A DNA stretch of 64,000 nucleotides from Paraphysomonas bandaiensis (taxonomy: Eukaryota; Protista; Chrysophyceae). The notes beneath the pieces are model-generated. The model ran no database searches. It was not told where the DNA came from and saw nothing but the letters and a program-made list of their open reading frames with translations. Made by a program: the position numbers and the translations under genes. Numbering within the stretch: position 1 is the first letter of the stretch; every line of letters begins with the position of its first letter. The DNA lies in the NCBI GenBank assembly GCA_965644295.1, contig CBFFRP010000577.1:1-64000 (forward strand), written 5' to 3'. Shown here piece by piece: positions 22,958 through 34,700 of the stretch.

Positions 22958-24560
22958 ATGCAGACCTCATCCTCCCCTAACCCCATCCGCTACCTCTCCG
23001 ACAACGATCTCCCTCTCCATCGTCCTCATCCATTACGTCCATCAGCTCATACACACACACACTCGTCCTCTCACAACTCTCATCATCACACTCTTAACAG
23101 ACCATCTAAACGACTCAAATCATCACTATTCAAGAGCAAACACAGTCCTCTATCCCTCACACACTCTCATAGCTATCGTCATGTTCGTCATGAGGAGTGG
23201 GACTTTGAAGACGACAGATACTCTGATGAGAACTCACAGTCGTCGGATGATAACGATATGCGACCAAACTATAGTGATAAAGTCATATTAACGGGTACAT
23301 TCACACTCATTGTGTTGAGGATTGAACTAATTGAGTTGCTATAGGTAGAATGCGTAAGAAACAAGCAGCCCGATCAAAGGGTGGTGAGCTGCGTGCTCGA
23401 GGAGAGAAACACCGCCTATACAGCTGTTGTGTCAGCTCAGAGATTAACATACAGCAGCTGCATCTTCACTTTCAGCGGCAAATTTATGCGTCCTCTCGAG
23501 CACGTTGGGCGGTGCGGCTCTGTGGTGACGTGCTGCTTGTCTCGTCTTCTCGACAAGGTGTTGATAAAATGCGTGACACAGTCGATATGACAGGGGGGCG
23601 CAATCAAGTGGCCTTCGTATTTGAGTTTGGGGCAGCTGTTTTCTGGGGATTCTCAAGTGCAGAAGAGAAAAGTGTGTTAGCGACGATTACCAAGTTTGCT
23701 CAGGTGGGTATTGTGCTCTTCCTTATAGTTTTGTGTGATTTCTTCGGGTAACAGACACACAATGTGTATCTGGCGAAAGAATTCGCTGTGGCAGAAGACG
23801 ATATGGCATATGTTACATCGCGAGATACAGATAGGGTCCTTGTGGCTGGGGATGTTATAACGCTTCCCGAGGCCACTTGCTCACAGGAGCTTTTACTCTC
23901 CGTCAGTTACGCTGTCGCACAATCCTCAGTAGTGTCTGTATTTGAACACCGCATTGAGCTGAAGGTTGCTGAATATAAGTACATACCAGAGTACTTATCT
24001 AGAGGAGAAAAAATAAATCTATCGCCAGCAACCATCGGTATGATGATCGGTATGGTATCTATATCGTAGTGCTACTTTGTTTCTTACTTGAACTGTAGGT
24101 GACATTTTCGTTATTCGACATGATCTCAACCTTCATTCAGATATATTAGGTATGTCTACGTGGCTGAATCTGTGATTATACATACCGTTTTATGATTTTT
24201 TTCAGTCAGTCAGTTGTATCATTTTTAAAAGATCAACTACTTCTGTACATATGATAAATATATGTTTGTCTTTTTCCTTAAAGTCTTCCTTTGTCATATG
24301 TAGACATTCCTGACGTCTTGTGGGAACGAGATACACACGCCAAAGAGTACGACAAACTTTCCCGGTATCTTGAAGTTAATGGTCGCGTAGAGGTTATCAA
24401 CAAGCGTCTGGAACTGCTAAAGGAGCTTCTAGACATGCTACAGCAACAGATGGAGAGTGACCACATTAACAATCTCGATTGTATCATAATATGGCTGATT
24501 GTAATAGAAGTTGTTGTTCAAGTGTTTGGTGGAGGAGGAATGTTGCTAGGTTTTTGGTAG
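22958..24560 (+). CDS. RMD1/DUF155-family protein
   Basis: AFVFEFGAAVFWGFS, SVSYAVAQSSVVSVFE, YLEVNGRVEVINKRLE, LDCIIIWLIVIEV; multi-exon. Confidence 0.9.
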
Positions 24561-24968
24561 AACTGTATCATATTACTTCTGCGGGCAAAGGCCTGTGAAA
24601 CATTTTATAACTACTATTCGAATGTTATATAAATATAAAGAACCAAGCTGGTCTAGCTTTCGCGTTTTACAACTTGTGGTAGGTAACAGTTAAAGTACCT
24701 AGGAACTAGGAACGATGATGGACTCTTGGTCGTGGCTTGTTGAGGTAGTTCTTAGTGAGTAATTTACATTGAACTACCCTCAAGTTAGTAATAAAATGTA
24801 GGTATAAATGTGAAAATCATAGGAATTTAAATACTCTATTGTATGTTATGTTCAGTATCATTACTTGATGGCCCATACGTATTTAGTATTTAGTCAAGTG
24901 AAGGTCATTGCTAGCATGGTTCCGCCAGGATTCTATTATTCTGATAATAACTAGATGCCATAAACTAT

Positions 24969-25494
24969 ATTGAAACTCTTATTATTAGCAATAGGCGCTA
25001 AAAAAATAGATCCCTTAAAAACCTGCACCAAATTAGTAGCTAGATGAATGCTAGACAAACTAGTTAGACCTCTACCTGTAACTAATCAGTACACTCTTTT
25101 TTTATCCTACTACTGAACGCTACGGAAGCTGCTTGTGCGTCGCCGCAAGTACCAAGGTGCGACCACTTCCGCTCTTAGTTCTTAAGGTGAACATCCTGGA
25201 TGCTTGACTTCAGCAGGCAGCCCAATACCCCGGTTACCCTTCAGGTTGGCCCTGTCCCGGATGCCCTTGAGGTGGGCCCATTCCCGGATGCCTGTTTATT
25301 CGTCAGGGCCCAAAGACGTCTACACAAGTGACACTTATTGGTGTCTCTTGTACCACACAAGCATTCGGCTATGAGTGGGCAGAAGAATATCTGCTTCTAT
25401 GTTTGCGGCTCACGTTAGTTTCCCAGAGAGAATCTCTCCGGTACTTATCCCCCAGAACACCACGAAAAGGTGCGAGTCCGACTTTGTTGAGGGT
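24969..25494 (-). mobile_element. Non-autonomous retroposon (SINE/SIDE-like), copy 2, best preserved
   Basis: Perfect 12-bp target-site duplication GCCATAAACTAT (24957-24968 and 25495-25506). No ORF, no TIRs, same boundaries as copy 1. Confidence 0.85.
25407..25494 (-). ncRNA. Putative HDV-like self-cleaving ribozyme at the retroposon 5' end
   Basis: Minus strand: P2 CUCGC, P3 ACC, L3 UUUUCGU, P3' GGU, P1' GUUCUGGG, P4 hairpin CCGGAGAG-AUU-CUCUCUGG, J4/2 CUAA, P2' GUGAG. P1 and P1.1 are non-canonical. Confidence 0.55.
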
Positions 25495-26283
25495 GCCATA
25501 AACTATGATGAAAGTAACGCGTACTCTTTGTATTATTAGTTCGCAGAGAATCTACTGGTGTTTCGAATGAACAGCAGAGATAGCAAATGGCGTAGCTAGG
25601 CGGGTGGCAGACTGCGTTCAATCAGCGCAAACTACACTTTTCTTGAGCGGGGGGAGATAACTACAAACTACAATGTATACAAACTACTGAAGGTGATTTG
25701 AGTAGTGGTACCGTACCCAGCCCTTTCAGGGATTGGGTCACGTCATGCTTATCAGAATTCTGTGCCTCATATCATAGGAATAGCATTCGAGTATGTTACA
25801 CGAGCAGATGTTTAGCGTGGTGTATATAAACGTGATGATATGCCAATGACAATATACCGCGTCGTGTGACTACAAATTGCAATACCTCGCTGTAGCTATT
25901 CCATCGGTACTCTTCTGTTGTAGAGGAACATTTGTTGGAGCTATCATGGAATGCGGGAATTGTTTGAGTTGAGTTAATACAACTGTCATACCCATATGTA
26001 TATGCTTTGATTTGAAACAATACTTGATTTTTTATTTGTTTTTGTTATGCTAATCAGGGAACTTTGAGAAGCACCCCAGAAGGTAGCATTATACTTCAGT
26101 TTCTCAAAAACCGTTCACCAATATTGACTACTATAAAGGACCAGCATTCTTGATTGGATAAAAAATAAGGAAATGTTAGACTACGGCGTTTACTCCAACA
26201 AATACACAGGGCCACTCATAATAATTACACCAAAAGCATAATGAAATCGAAAAAACCATATTTCAAAGACCTCAAACATTCAG

Positions 26284-29200
26284 CTATACCATCCCATTAG
26301 ATGGATTATACGGTCCACTTGAGGGTGAAAACATCCCGGGACTTCTATGTTTACTCTCATTTCTAGAAGACATTGCATGAATATCTCTCGGTGTTCCAAC
26401 AAGAAACGATTCTACGTCAGTTCCATCATCCACATGCTCGTGATGAGTCCACAGGTCTCCATTCTGCCCAGTCCCGTCCTCACCAAATATCTCAAGGGTG
26501 GCCTGACGCATGGAGTGATGTAACTGCTCTACTTCCCTGTTATAAGCTTCAAACGACCTGTAGTAAATATTATCACAATATATTGGCAATCACACACAAG
26601 CGTACTCTGCACGAGTCATGTAGTCCTCCAGGGACTGCTTCATTTCGAGACATCTATTTCTCCATATCACGGCCTCCTGTAAAGTCTATTATAAGCCAAC
26701 ATTACACATAAACAAATGTTTTACCTCTTTGAGTTTCCTAGACTGCTTGAAGTGTCGCAGTCTCGAGCGTTCTAAGTGTTCTATTCGTTCAAAGGCCTTC
26801 TCCTTTGCTTCCTCTGCCCCCTTCCACTGTTTCTCTATTGATTCAATGCGTTCGTTTTCCTCAATGCGATCACGGGTTCCTTCGGCAAATGACGCGATGG
26901 ACTGCGCAAGGGCACTAATGACAACACCCATCTGTATAGCTGTCGCGAGGTCGACACCGATATCCACGCACATTTCATACAACTGAGACACCATAGGCGG
27001 GGCATCTTGTACAGTCCAACCGGCGAAGGCGTTCAATTGGGAAGACGAATGATTCGATGCTGCCTCAACTGACGACCCAACGCCCATCGAAATGTTAGCA
27101 GCGCCAGTGAGCTGCAAAACACCATACAACCGTCCACCCCATATAAGAGGGAGAACAGCGCTTGCAATAGAGTCATCGTATGAATTCAACCCTGCCTGTC
27201 GGGACACACTAAATTCAGCAGTCTTAGCGCATGACCCGACAACACCCCGCCCAACAATGACAGTAACAGTACCAACTGACGATGGTACGATATCACTGTT
27301 GACAGATTTATACGTGACAGATGGAGAACGTGGATGTAATTTGGATTGATAAGGAGACCCTCTTGAAAGTGGAGATGAGATTTGTATGGACTCATTCTCA
27401 TAGGAACCACCCGGACCACGCCCTGAAAACATTGACCCGTAACTGTCAAGTGGAACCAGGGCGCGCAATAGAGACGGTGACTGGAGTACATACACCTCAG
27501 GCGTGAAAGATGGAAGCGTTGCTTGGATGGCCCGTGTTGCCTCGAGTAAGAGGTCATCTACATAATGGGAGCGACCCGCAAATATACTGTACATCATACC
27601 AGCCAGAGGCATCGCATCCATCACTGAGGATAATGAGGTTGCGCCGTGTCTGCGGATGTCCCTAAATGTCACTCGTCGCCACTCAGTAAATACCGTGCGT
27701 AAATCTTTTGTTATAATTTGACGGCGGAACTTTATCGATTGCTGCCTCGACAGTTTCGATCGCACAGATTTCGAAAACGCATGAAGTTTCCATTTACTAA
27801 AGGCGTTAGCCTCTGCGAATATGGCACGTCGATACCACGCAGTGATAATAGATTTCATCTTTTCTTCGCGATGTTTCATGCGAGCAGTAGACGTCACCCA
27901 CGCCTCCCACGCTTCTGCCACAACTCCGCGAAGCCATCGAGAAATACAGAATTTCAAGCGCCGCATATTTCTGCAGTGGCGTACTACATATTTCCATCTG
28001 CCAATACAATATTAATCGAAAAGTAGTACAAGATATTATCATACTTAGCCATTGCCATATGTTGATCTCTGTGTTGCATTTTTAATATAAGTCGCCTGCA
28101 TGTGGTTTTCACACTCACTTGCTCCCGCATCCAGGCCTTCCACTGAGACAAAATAAGTACATTAACAAATATAGCAACGTCGCTCACCCTTTGGAAGCAG
28201 TGCTCAAACGTACTCATTGTCATAACATTCATAACTCGCATTGATGCCTTATTGTGCAATGCGATACTCATTTCTTCCATCTGAATTATTAGAGTAGCAG
28301 TTTTCCACTTGTTGAAGGCAACTCTATAAAATTGAAACTTCCATCTTCGAATAGTGTTGTTAATTGTGCGATGTTTAAGAACGACATAAGACACCATACT
28401 CCTCCATTTATCGAAAGCGAATCCCAGTGATGCAGTAGTCGACTTTACCGCCCATCGTCTTAATGTTTTCTTCACCTGCCGCTTTCCTATCAGGCGCCGT
28501 TCCCGTATAACCTTCAACACTTCAAAACATTTGCGAGTTAACCGTCTTTCAACATTTAAATCTAGAACTTTTACAATTCTATCCTCTTGCATACTAGTGA
28601 CGAGAGCCAATGACTGTGCCTTCATCGATAGGTGATCTATCATATCCAGGGACGATGCATGTTCACACCGCGCACGTCGCAATTCTTCCTTCACAGCTTC
28701 CAGTGTGCGGACCAGTCCTTCAGCTTCGACCTCACGACATGATCTAACAAACATCACCCAGTTTCTAAATGAACGCATCATACTGAACGCAACAACATGT
28801 CGAAACGCTCTTCTCAATACACGACATCCATTGAAAACGAAATTGGTTTTAATGTAAAAATCTTTCCACATAAGGAACCCTCTATGCATCTTCTGGTGCA
28901 TGTTGCGTTTGACTACAATTAGGACAGTTTTCTTCACTTCTATCGCACGGCGAACATACAACTTCCACTTCACAAAGAACTTCTGCGCAGATCTTCTCAT
29001 TAATCCAAGGAATACTACTCTCAATCGAGTTTCTGAAGAAGATTGGGAACGAGATAGGCGGGTTCGAGCTAAACGAAGCTCATTGAATATCGTCGCACCT
29101 CTCCATGTGCTCAGAGCCCCACGCAGAAGAGTGCATCTGCATCTTCGCACTAGACGGTGCAAAGCAACAATCATTTCCGCAGAATAGGAGTTGACATGCT

Positions 29201-31195
29201 TCCACTTCATCCACGCTCGTAGAACCACACATCTACGCCAATTTTCTATTACTAAACGCATCCGATATATCGCCAGTTTTCCCTCCGCATTTTCTATCTC
29301 GTTTGTAAGAGAGACTTCGTGCCAAAGGTTAAAGGCAGTCCTAATACTTCGTCTTGCTGATGCTCGCAGCATCTTTAATGCAATTGCCCTCCGCTGATGA
29401 TACCTCGCCACATGATCCCTCCATAAACCAAATGCTATGAACTGCTTGTGGAGGAAGGTCTTGTTAAGAGCGATGCGTAGTCGATCCAGGTAGTCATCTC
29501 GGTAAGCGTCATGCAAGCTTTGAACAGTTTGCAGCGTCCACTTCCATCGACTAAACGCCAGGCGCATATGTAGCTTTTTATACTTGTTACACGCTACAGA
29601 CTTAATTGCCCGTAGTAAAAGAGTAGTATTGGCCACTGCAGTCCGTCTAATATGTTCGTTTTTACGTTGCAGCGCAGCATAGGCTTTTCTATACTTGGCT
29701 CTACGAATATCCGCCTTTTCTTCTACTACACGTAGTGCGCGGCGTTCATCCGCTCGACATATTTCCTTCACCGCAAGCCGCCATCTTACTAACGCCATCC
29801 GCCTATTAAGATCACAGCAGCGGGTGTAAAGGAGACCCAGGCGCAGGCATACAATATCCACTTTTCTGCCGCGCTCTGTGTCTTCTTGCCAACGCCTGAA
29901 TGCAGCATATTTCTTTCTTCCACGCATGCGTGCAACAGCTCTTGTGAGAATTTTTTGTCTAACACAATGCCAGTTGCAAAACGATTTCCACTCAGCAAAG
30001 GCACCTTGTACTTGGTTATGTTTGCGTAACGCTCCCCTGTGGGTAAGAGCCCGCAGAACTCGGATCTTAAGGGGATATTGGACAAAAGCTAAGTGTTTCC
30101 ACTTCTGAAAACAGTTATACGCTCTGCTACTCTTAACCATCCGAAGCATGAAATAGTAAAGCTTCTTCTGCCCCCGGGCAGCCTGCATTAGCCGAGTCCA
30201 CCTGCGTAGAGCTGTCGCCTTCCAGGCCCTATCTGATGCCCCTTGCAAACGGGTAGCCATGCCCAAAAGCACTGACCTAATCCTATATTTACCCTGCCAC
30301 ACCCTCAAAACACGTCTACATGTAGTTCGCTTGTGTTGCCCGCTAAGAAAGGCCCCCATAGACTCAAGTCGGGCAGTAGGCCGGGGTGAAAACCGGGTCC
30401 ATCGTGTGAATGCAACTCGGATACTGCGCATACAGGCCCTCCGGATAATGAATCGAAAAGAGACCAAAACAGACCTTCTTAGCCGTCGGGAAAGCATCCG
30501 CTCTCTCTCAATCCAGCCCCTGTGTTCGCCTGCCCAGTACTCTTCGCATCGCTCTACCATCAGTGCACTTTGCTCACGACTAATTTCCACCCATACCCGA
30601 AAAGATTTGTGTAACTGGCACCCAATATCAACAAGCGACATTATTGACACACAATTCATACCTTGCAGCGGCGATGATGCTTCATGAGATGACGAAGAGT
30701 CGTAGGTAGGTGCTTCTGCTTCAGTCGAACAGTTGCGGCACTCAAACGACTGTTTTCTGTCCGAAGCTGATGCACTTTGTCTTTCTGTGCATTGAGCTCA
30801 GACTGCAGCTCTCGCAGCCTCCTCTGATAATCAATTTTTTCTTGAAAACTAGAATTAATAATAGCATGCATGGAATGAAAACTAGTACTAGAATTTGACA
30901 TGACAGACTGCTTCTTCTCCTCGAAATCATTCTTATCGAAGTATCCTGAAGGGCTACTTGGACTCACGTGTATATTAGAAATCTCCAGCATACTTCCCGG
31001 ATCATAAGACACACTGTAGTCTCTGGACCTCTCCTGTAAGGGAGAAGAGACTGAGCGGTCAATGAGAGGCGAGGGAGATGTGACTGTAGAGGAATTTCGT
31101 CGTCTCTCTTCTCGTTTCATACGAAGAAATGCTTTTAACGCCAGAGACTCATTCAATGGACCGGATAATGAATCATCGACATCTATGCTATCCAT
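26284..31195 (-). CDS. Large Sfi1-like repeat (centrin-binding type) coiled-coil protein
   Basis: Many (A/C)F..W(K/R) repeats spaced about 23-35 aa across ORFs 27984-30659 and 26689-27966. A possible GAF-like segment (VGRGVVGSCA...AVLPL..GGRLYGVLQL) lies near the C-terminus. ORFs are joined by short introns. Confidence 0.7.
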
Positions 31196-31796
31196 GGGAT
31201 AGGGATGAGGTCGATCAGAGAGGGGATGGAATGGAATGGAATGATGTGTAGAGATCTGCCTGTTTACTGTGTGTATGTATATGTTGCTGTTAACTATGTG
31301 ACGGCTCTATATGTACGTACACACACATATATACACATACATGCATATGAAGATATGTGTAAATACATACATACATACATACATGTACGCACTACAATAC
31401 CCTACAGACACCACCAGCAGCAGTATAATAATCGCTAAACCAGTGCACATCACCAGCAGCAGTCCACAACTGTATACCCCCCCCCTACTGCTATGTATAC
31501 CAAGACCGTTAATTACAATTCAAATAAAAATACAGTTGTATACAGCTGTGATACAGTGTATACCTGTCAACTGCTCTGTGTGTGTGTACGTATGTATGTA
31601 TAGGCAGCCATCGCTCAGCCATATGAATGAACGCCTCATATGAGCATATACATACATACCGAGCTGCAGTGAGCTATAGTCAAGCTACAGGTAGAACGAT
31701 AGGCCACCCTCCCCTCTGAGGCTGTTTCAGTTCATCTGTCTACACCGTGTCCCTCATAGATTATATCCCAAGGCTCCATGTATCGTGTATAGCGTC

Positions 31797-34700
31797 ATGT
31801 GGTTACGTCACCTCTGCAGTGTGCTGCTACTGCTATACAGCACTATAAACTCAGTGAAGTCTTCATCTGTCACTCTTACGAAGACTTATATAGAGGTGTG
31901 TGTGATGCGACCCTATCGATGATCTCTTAACGCCTTCACAGGACAGCAGTGCGGTGTGTGTGGACGGCTCACAGGCCTCTTATTATGTGCGTCGTAATGT
32001 CAGTAGTTCGAGGTGGGTAATATATGTAGAGGACGGTTATATAGGCTGTCTCGGAGATAAAGATAATTGTTTGGAATCATTGTCGGAGTGGCCGTACTTT
32101 TCTACATCTGATGACGAGTATCACCCGCAAAATGTGGAAGCAACAACCATATTCTCCGATGACCCTGTTGTCAGTCCCTGGCCAGGGTACAACTATATGT
32201 ACATAAACTATTGTTCTCAAGATGGGTGGCTCGGAAGATCTGAATCTCTTGTTCATGGAGTTTATGTTCGAGGGTCTTCGATTTTGAAGGCTGCGCTATC
32301 GGAGGCACTCAACGGTACAAATAGAATTGGAGCTGATCTCGTGGTGGTGGGAAGTGGTGCTGGTGCTTTAGGGGTGTTCAACCATCAAGAATGGCTGGTT
32401 AATTCACTCGGGTTTAATGTGGATCAGCTAAGCATTGTGCTGGACAGCTATCTTTCTCCAGTTACTCAGACTCAGCCCTCTAAGGTATACCCTGCAAAAT
32501 CTCACTAATGATTGTAGCTGACGGATCGTATAGGTGCTAGTGGACACCCTTCCTGTCGTTGCAGTGGACTACGAGCCTGCCACTGTGTTGTGGGTTGATG
32601 GGCAGCCTTGCGCTCTTGTATACCATTGTATGCGCAGTGTGGGGCGTATCCCGACAGGAGTCAAGACTCTGATCATCTCCTCTGCATTCGATGCTCCTGT
32701 TTTCGCCTTCCCATCATCTGCTTACACAGGTGATGCCTTCTGTTCCCATTACTATTACTTAGATGCATAACTTGATCTTACAGACATAACGCTAGAGGTT
32801 AAGGATATTGAAAGTATAACAGAGCTGGTGGCACAGTACGTGGCGTACGCGGGGTCCCTTGTACAGGCTGCCACGAATTTACACTATGATCGAGTCAGAT
32901 CGAATTGTACAGTGTTTATTGCAGGGTGCTTGCACCACGCCTATATAACTCCTATCGATCCGTCCCGCCGAAATTCTAGGCCTAAAACTGTCCCAGCAGG
33001 GCTGGGGAGATGGAAGCGATCGACAGACTTGGACAGGTTTGCCAGGGTGAGTAGCGTCGCCGGGCCGTTTCGGTGGTTCAGAGCGAACTTTCCAGGATCA
33101 AGCTCTGAGTACGGTGCGCGAATGAATCCTGTTCAGTACCCTTCTGGCGCCACGTTAGGAGAGATGGTAGGTATATGGGCGCGAAGTAGCATACCGGATA
33201 TAGCAGGAGACCTCTGTGCTGACACCCTTCAGTGCGGAGAGTACTGTAACAACGAGGAACTGACTGCAGCACGGGTTCCAATGAGGGAACAGTTTTTCAG
33301 GCGACTCGGGTACGCATCTGCTTCAGTGTTTGTAGTCGTACTTGTTGTGGTCGCGCTACTGCTATTGACGGATGGGGTGCATCGACGTTGTGATGAACAT
33401 GAGAGACGTGATGATGACAAATACGACCTACTGCATACGTATGTGGCACAGCGTAGGGCCAAGCGTTTACTGGAAGAGAACGACGATGATTTAGCCGGAG
33501 ATGTGGATGCGTCTACTGGAATACGACGTACTAGGAGTAGTGGAATTTTATTGGCTCGCGAAGCGATGACCAACACCTTTGGGAAGAAGAAATTTACAAA
33601 GCACCAGACCCATTCGGGGTCGAATGAAAACAAGAAGTGGGTTCTGCTGTCGTTTTATTTTCGTGGTGTTTTTATGCGCACACTACTTAGGTTGATGAAC
33701 CTTCTCCAAAAAATGGATGGACACAGTGCGCTGTGTTGGAGCGGCCTGAGGTACCATTCTACTATTGGAGGTCCAGCGATTATCAGTGGTAGTTGGGGCC
33801 GCCTACGCTATGGCCGTGTCACAGGAATTTTGGTGAGATAAGATTCTATATCTATATTTTATGTCATCAAGTGTATTTAGGGACCTTCTGGCTGTGGTAT
33901 GATGGTACGGGGTATACCTTGATGTGCTCATAGTAGATGTAGGGAAGTCAGCTCTCTTGAAGGTGTTATCAGGGAGAATGAAATCGGGCATGCTCTTAGG
34001 TCTTATAATTCGTGGTCACTAAATTTAACTAACTTGTACGATATAGCCTCGCGTTATATCAAGCACTTACTCCTCGGAAGCTTAGAGCTAGTATCAGAGA
34101 CGGTATCTATATCTTGTGTCGCTATTGAACTCTCTTTATTACTTTCTCTGCTCAGGGACGGGGTATTGCACTGGTTCAACGGGAGGGGGAAACAGCCCTA
34201 GTCCCACATATGACAGCCGAGGATAACCTCTATTATAGAGCATCACTATTCGCTTCTCTGCGGCACTCCGCTGAAACGATTCATAAGCATGTGGACTCCG
34301 TACTGGAAAGGTGTGGACTGTTCTCTTGCAAGTACACACAGGTCTATACATCTCCCACTATTGTACCCGACAAAGTTACTGACAAGAATATACAGGTTAC
34401 AAGACTTACTGATGGACAGCGCAGACGGTTGCTGATAGGTAATAAATACGCTTCTAATCGCATGTACTCAATATCATCGTCATTGAATTAGGACTTGAAC
34501 TGTTAGCCAATGATTCGATTTTGTTTCTGGTATGATGAATGCACTGTGGTTGTAGTGTATCAATTGAGGTGCTTATTAACAGGATGACCCGACCGGAGGT
34601 CTCGATGCTTCGGCGTCTCTAGAAGGTAGGAATATGACAAGGGAATTAATAATACACTGATTGTGTATGCACAGTGATGACGGTGGTACAGAACGAAGCA

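Noticed and set aside
22282-22986. YIHT / MYVC repeat ORFs
   Set aside because: Translations of the (TATG)n microsatellite.
25295-25312. Hammerhead core CUGACGA in the retroposon minus strand
   Set aside because: No correctly placed GAAA or stem II/III, and copy 1 reads GUGACGA.
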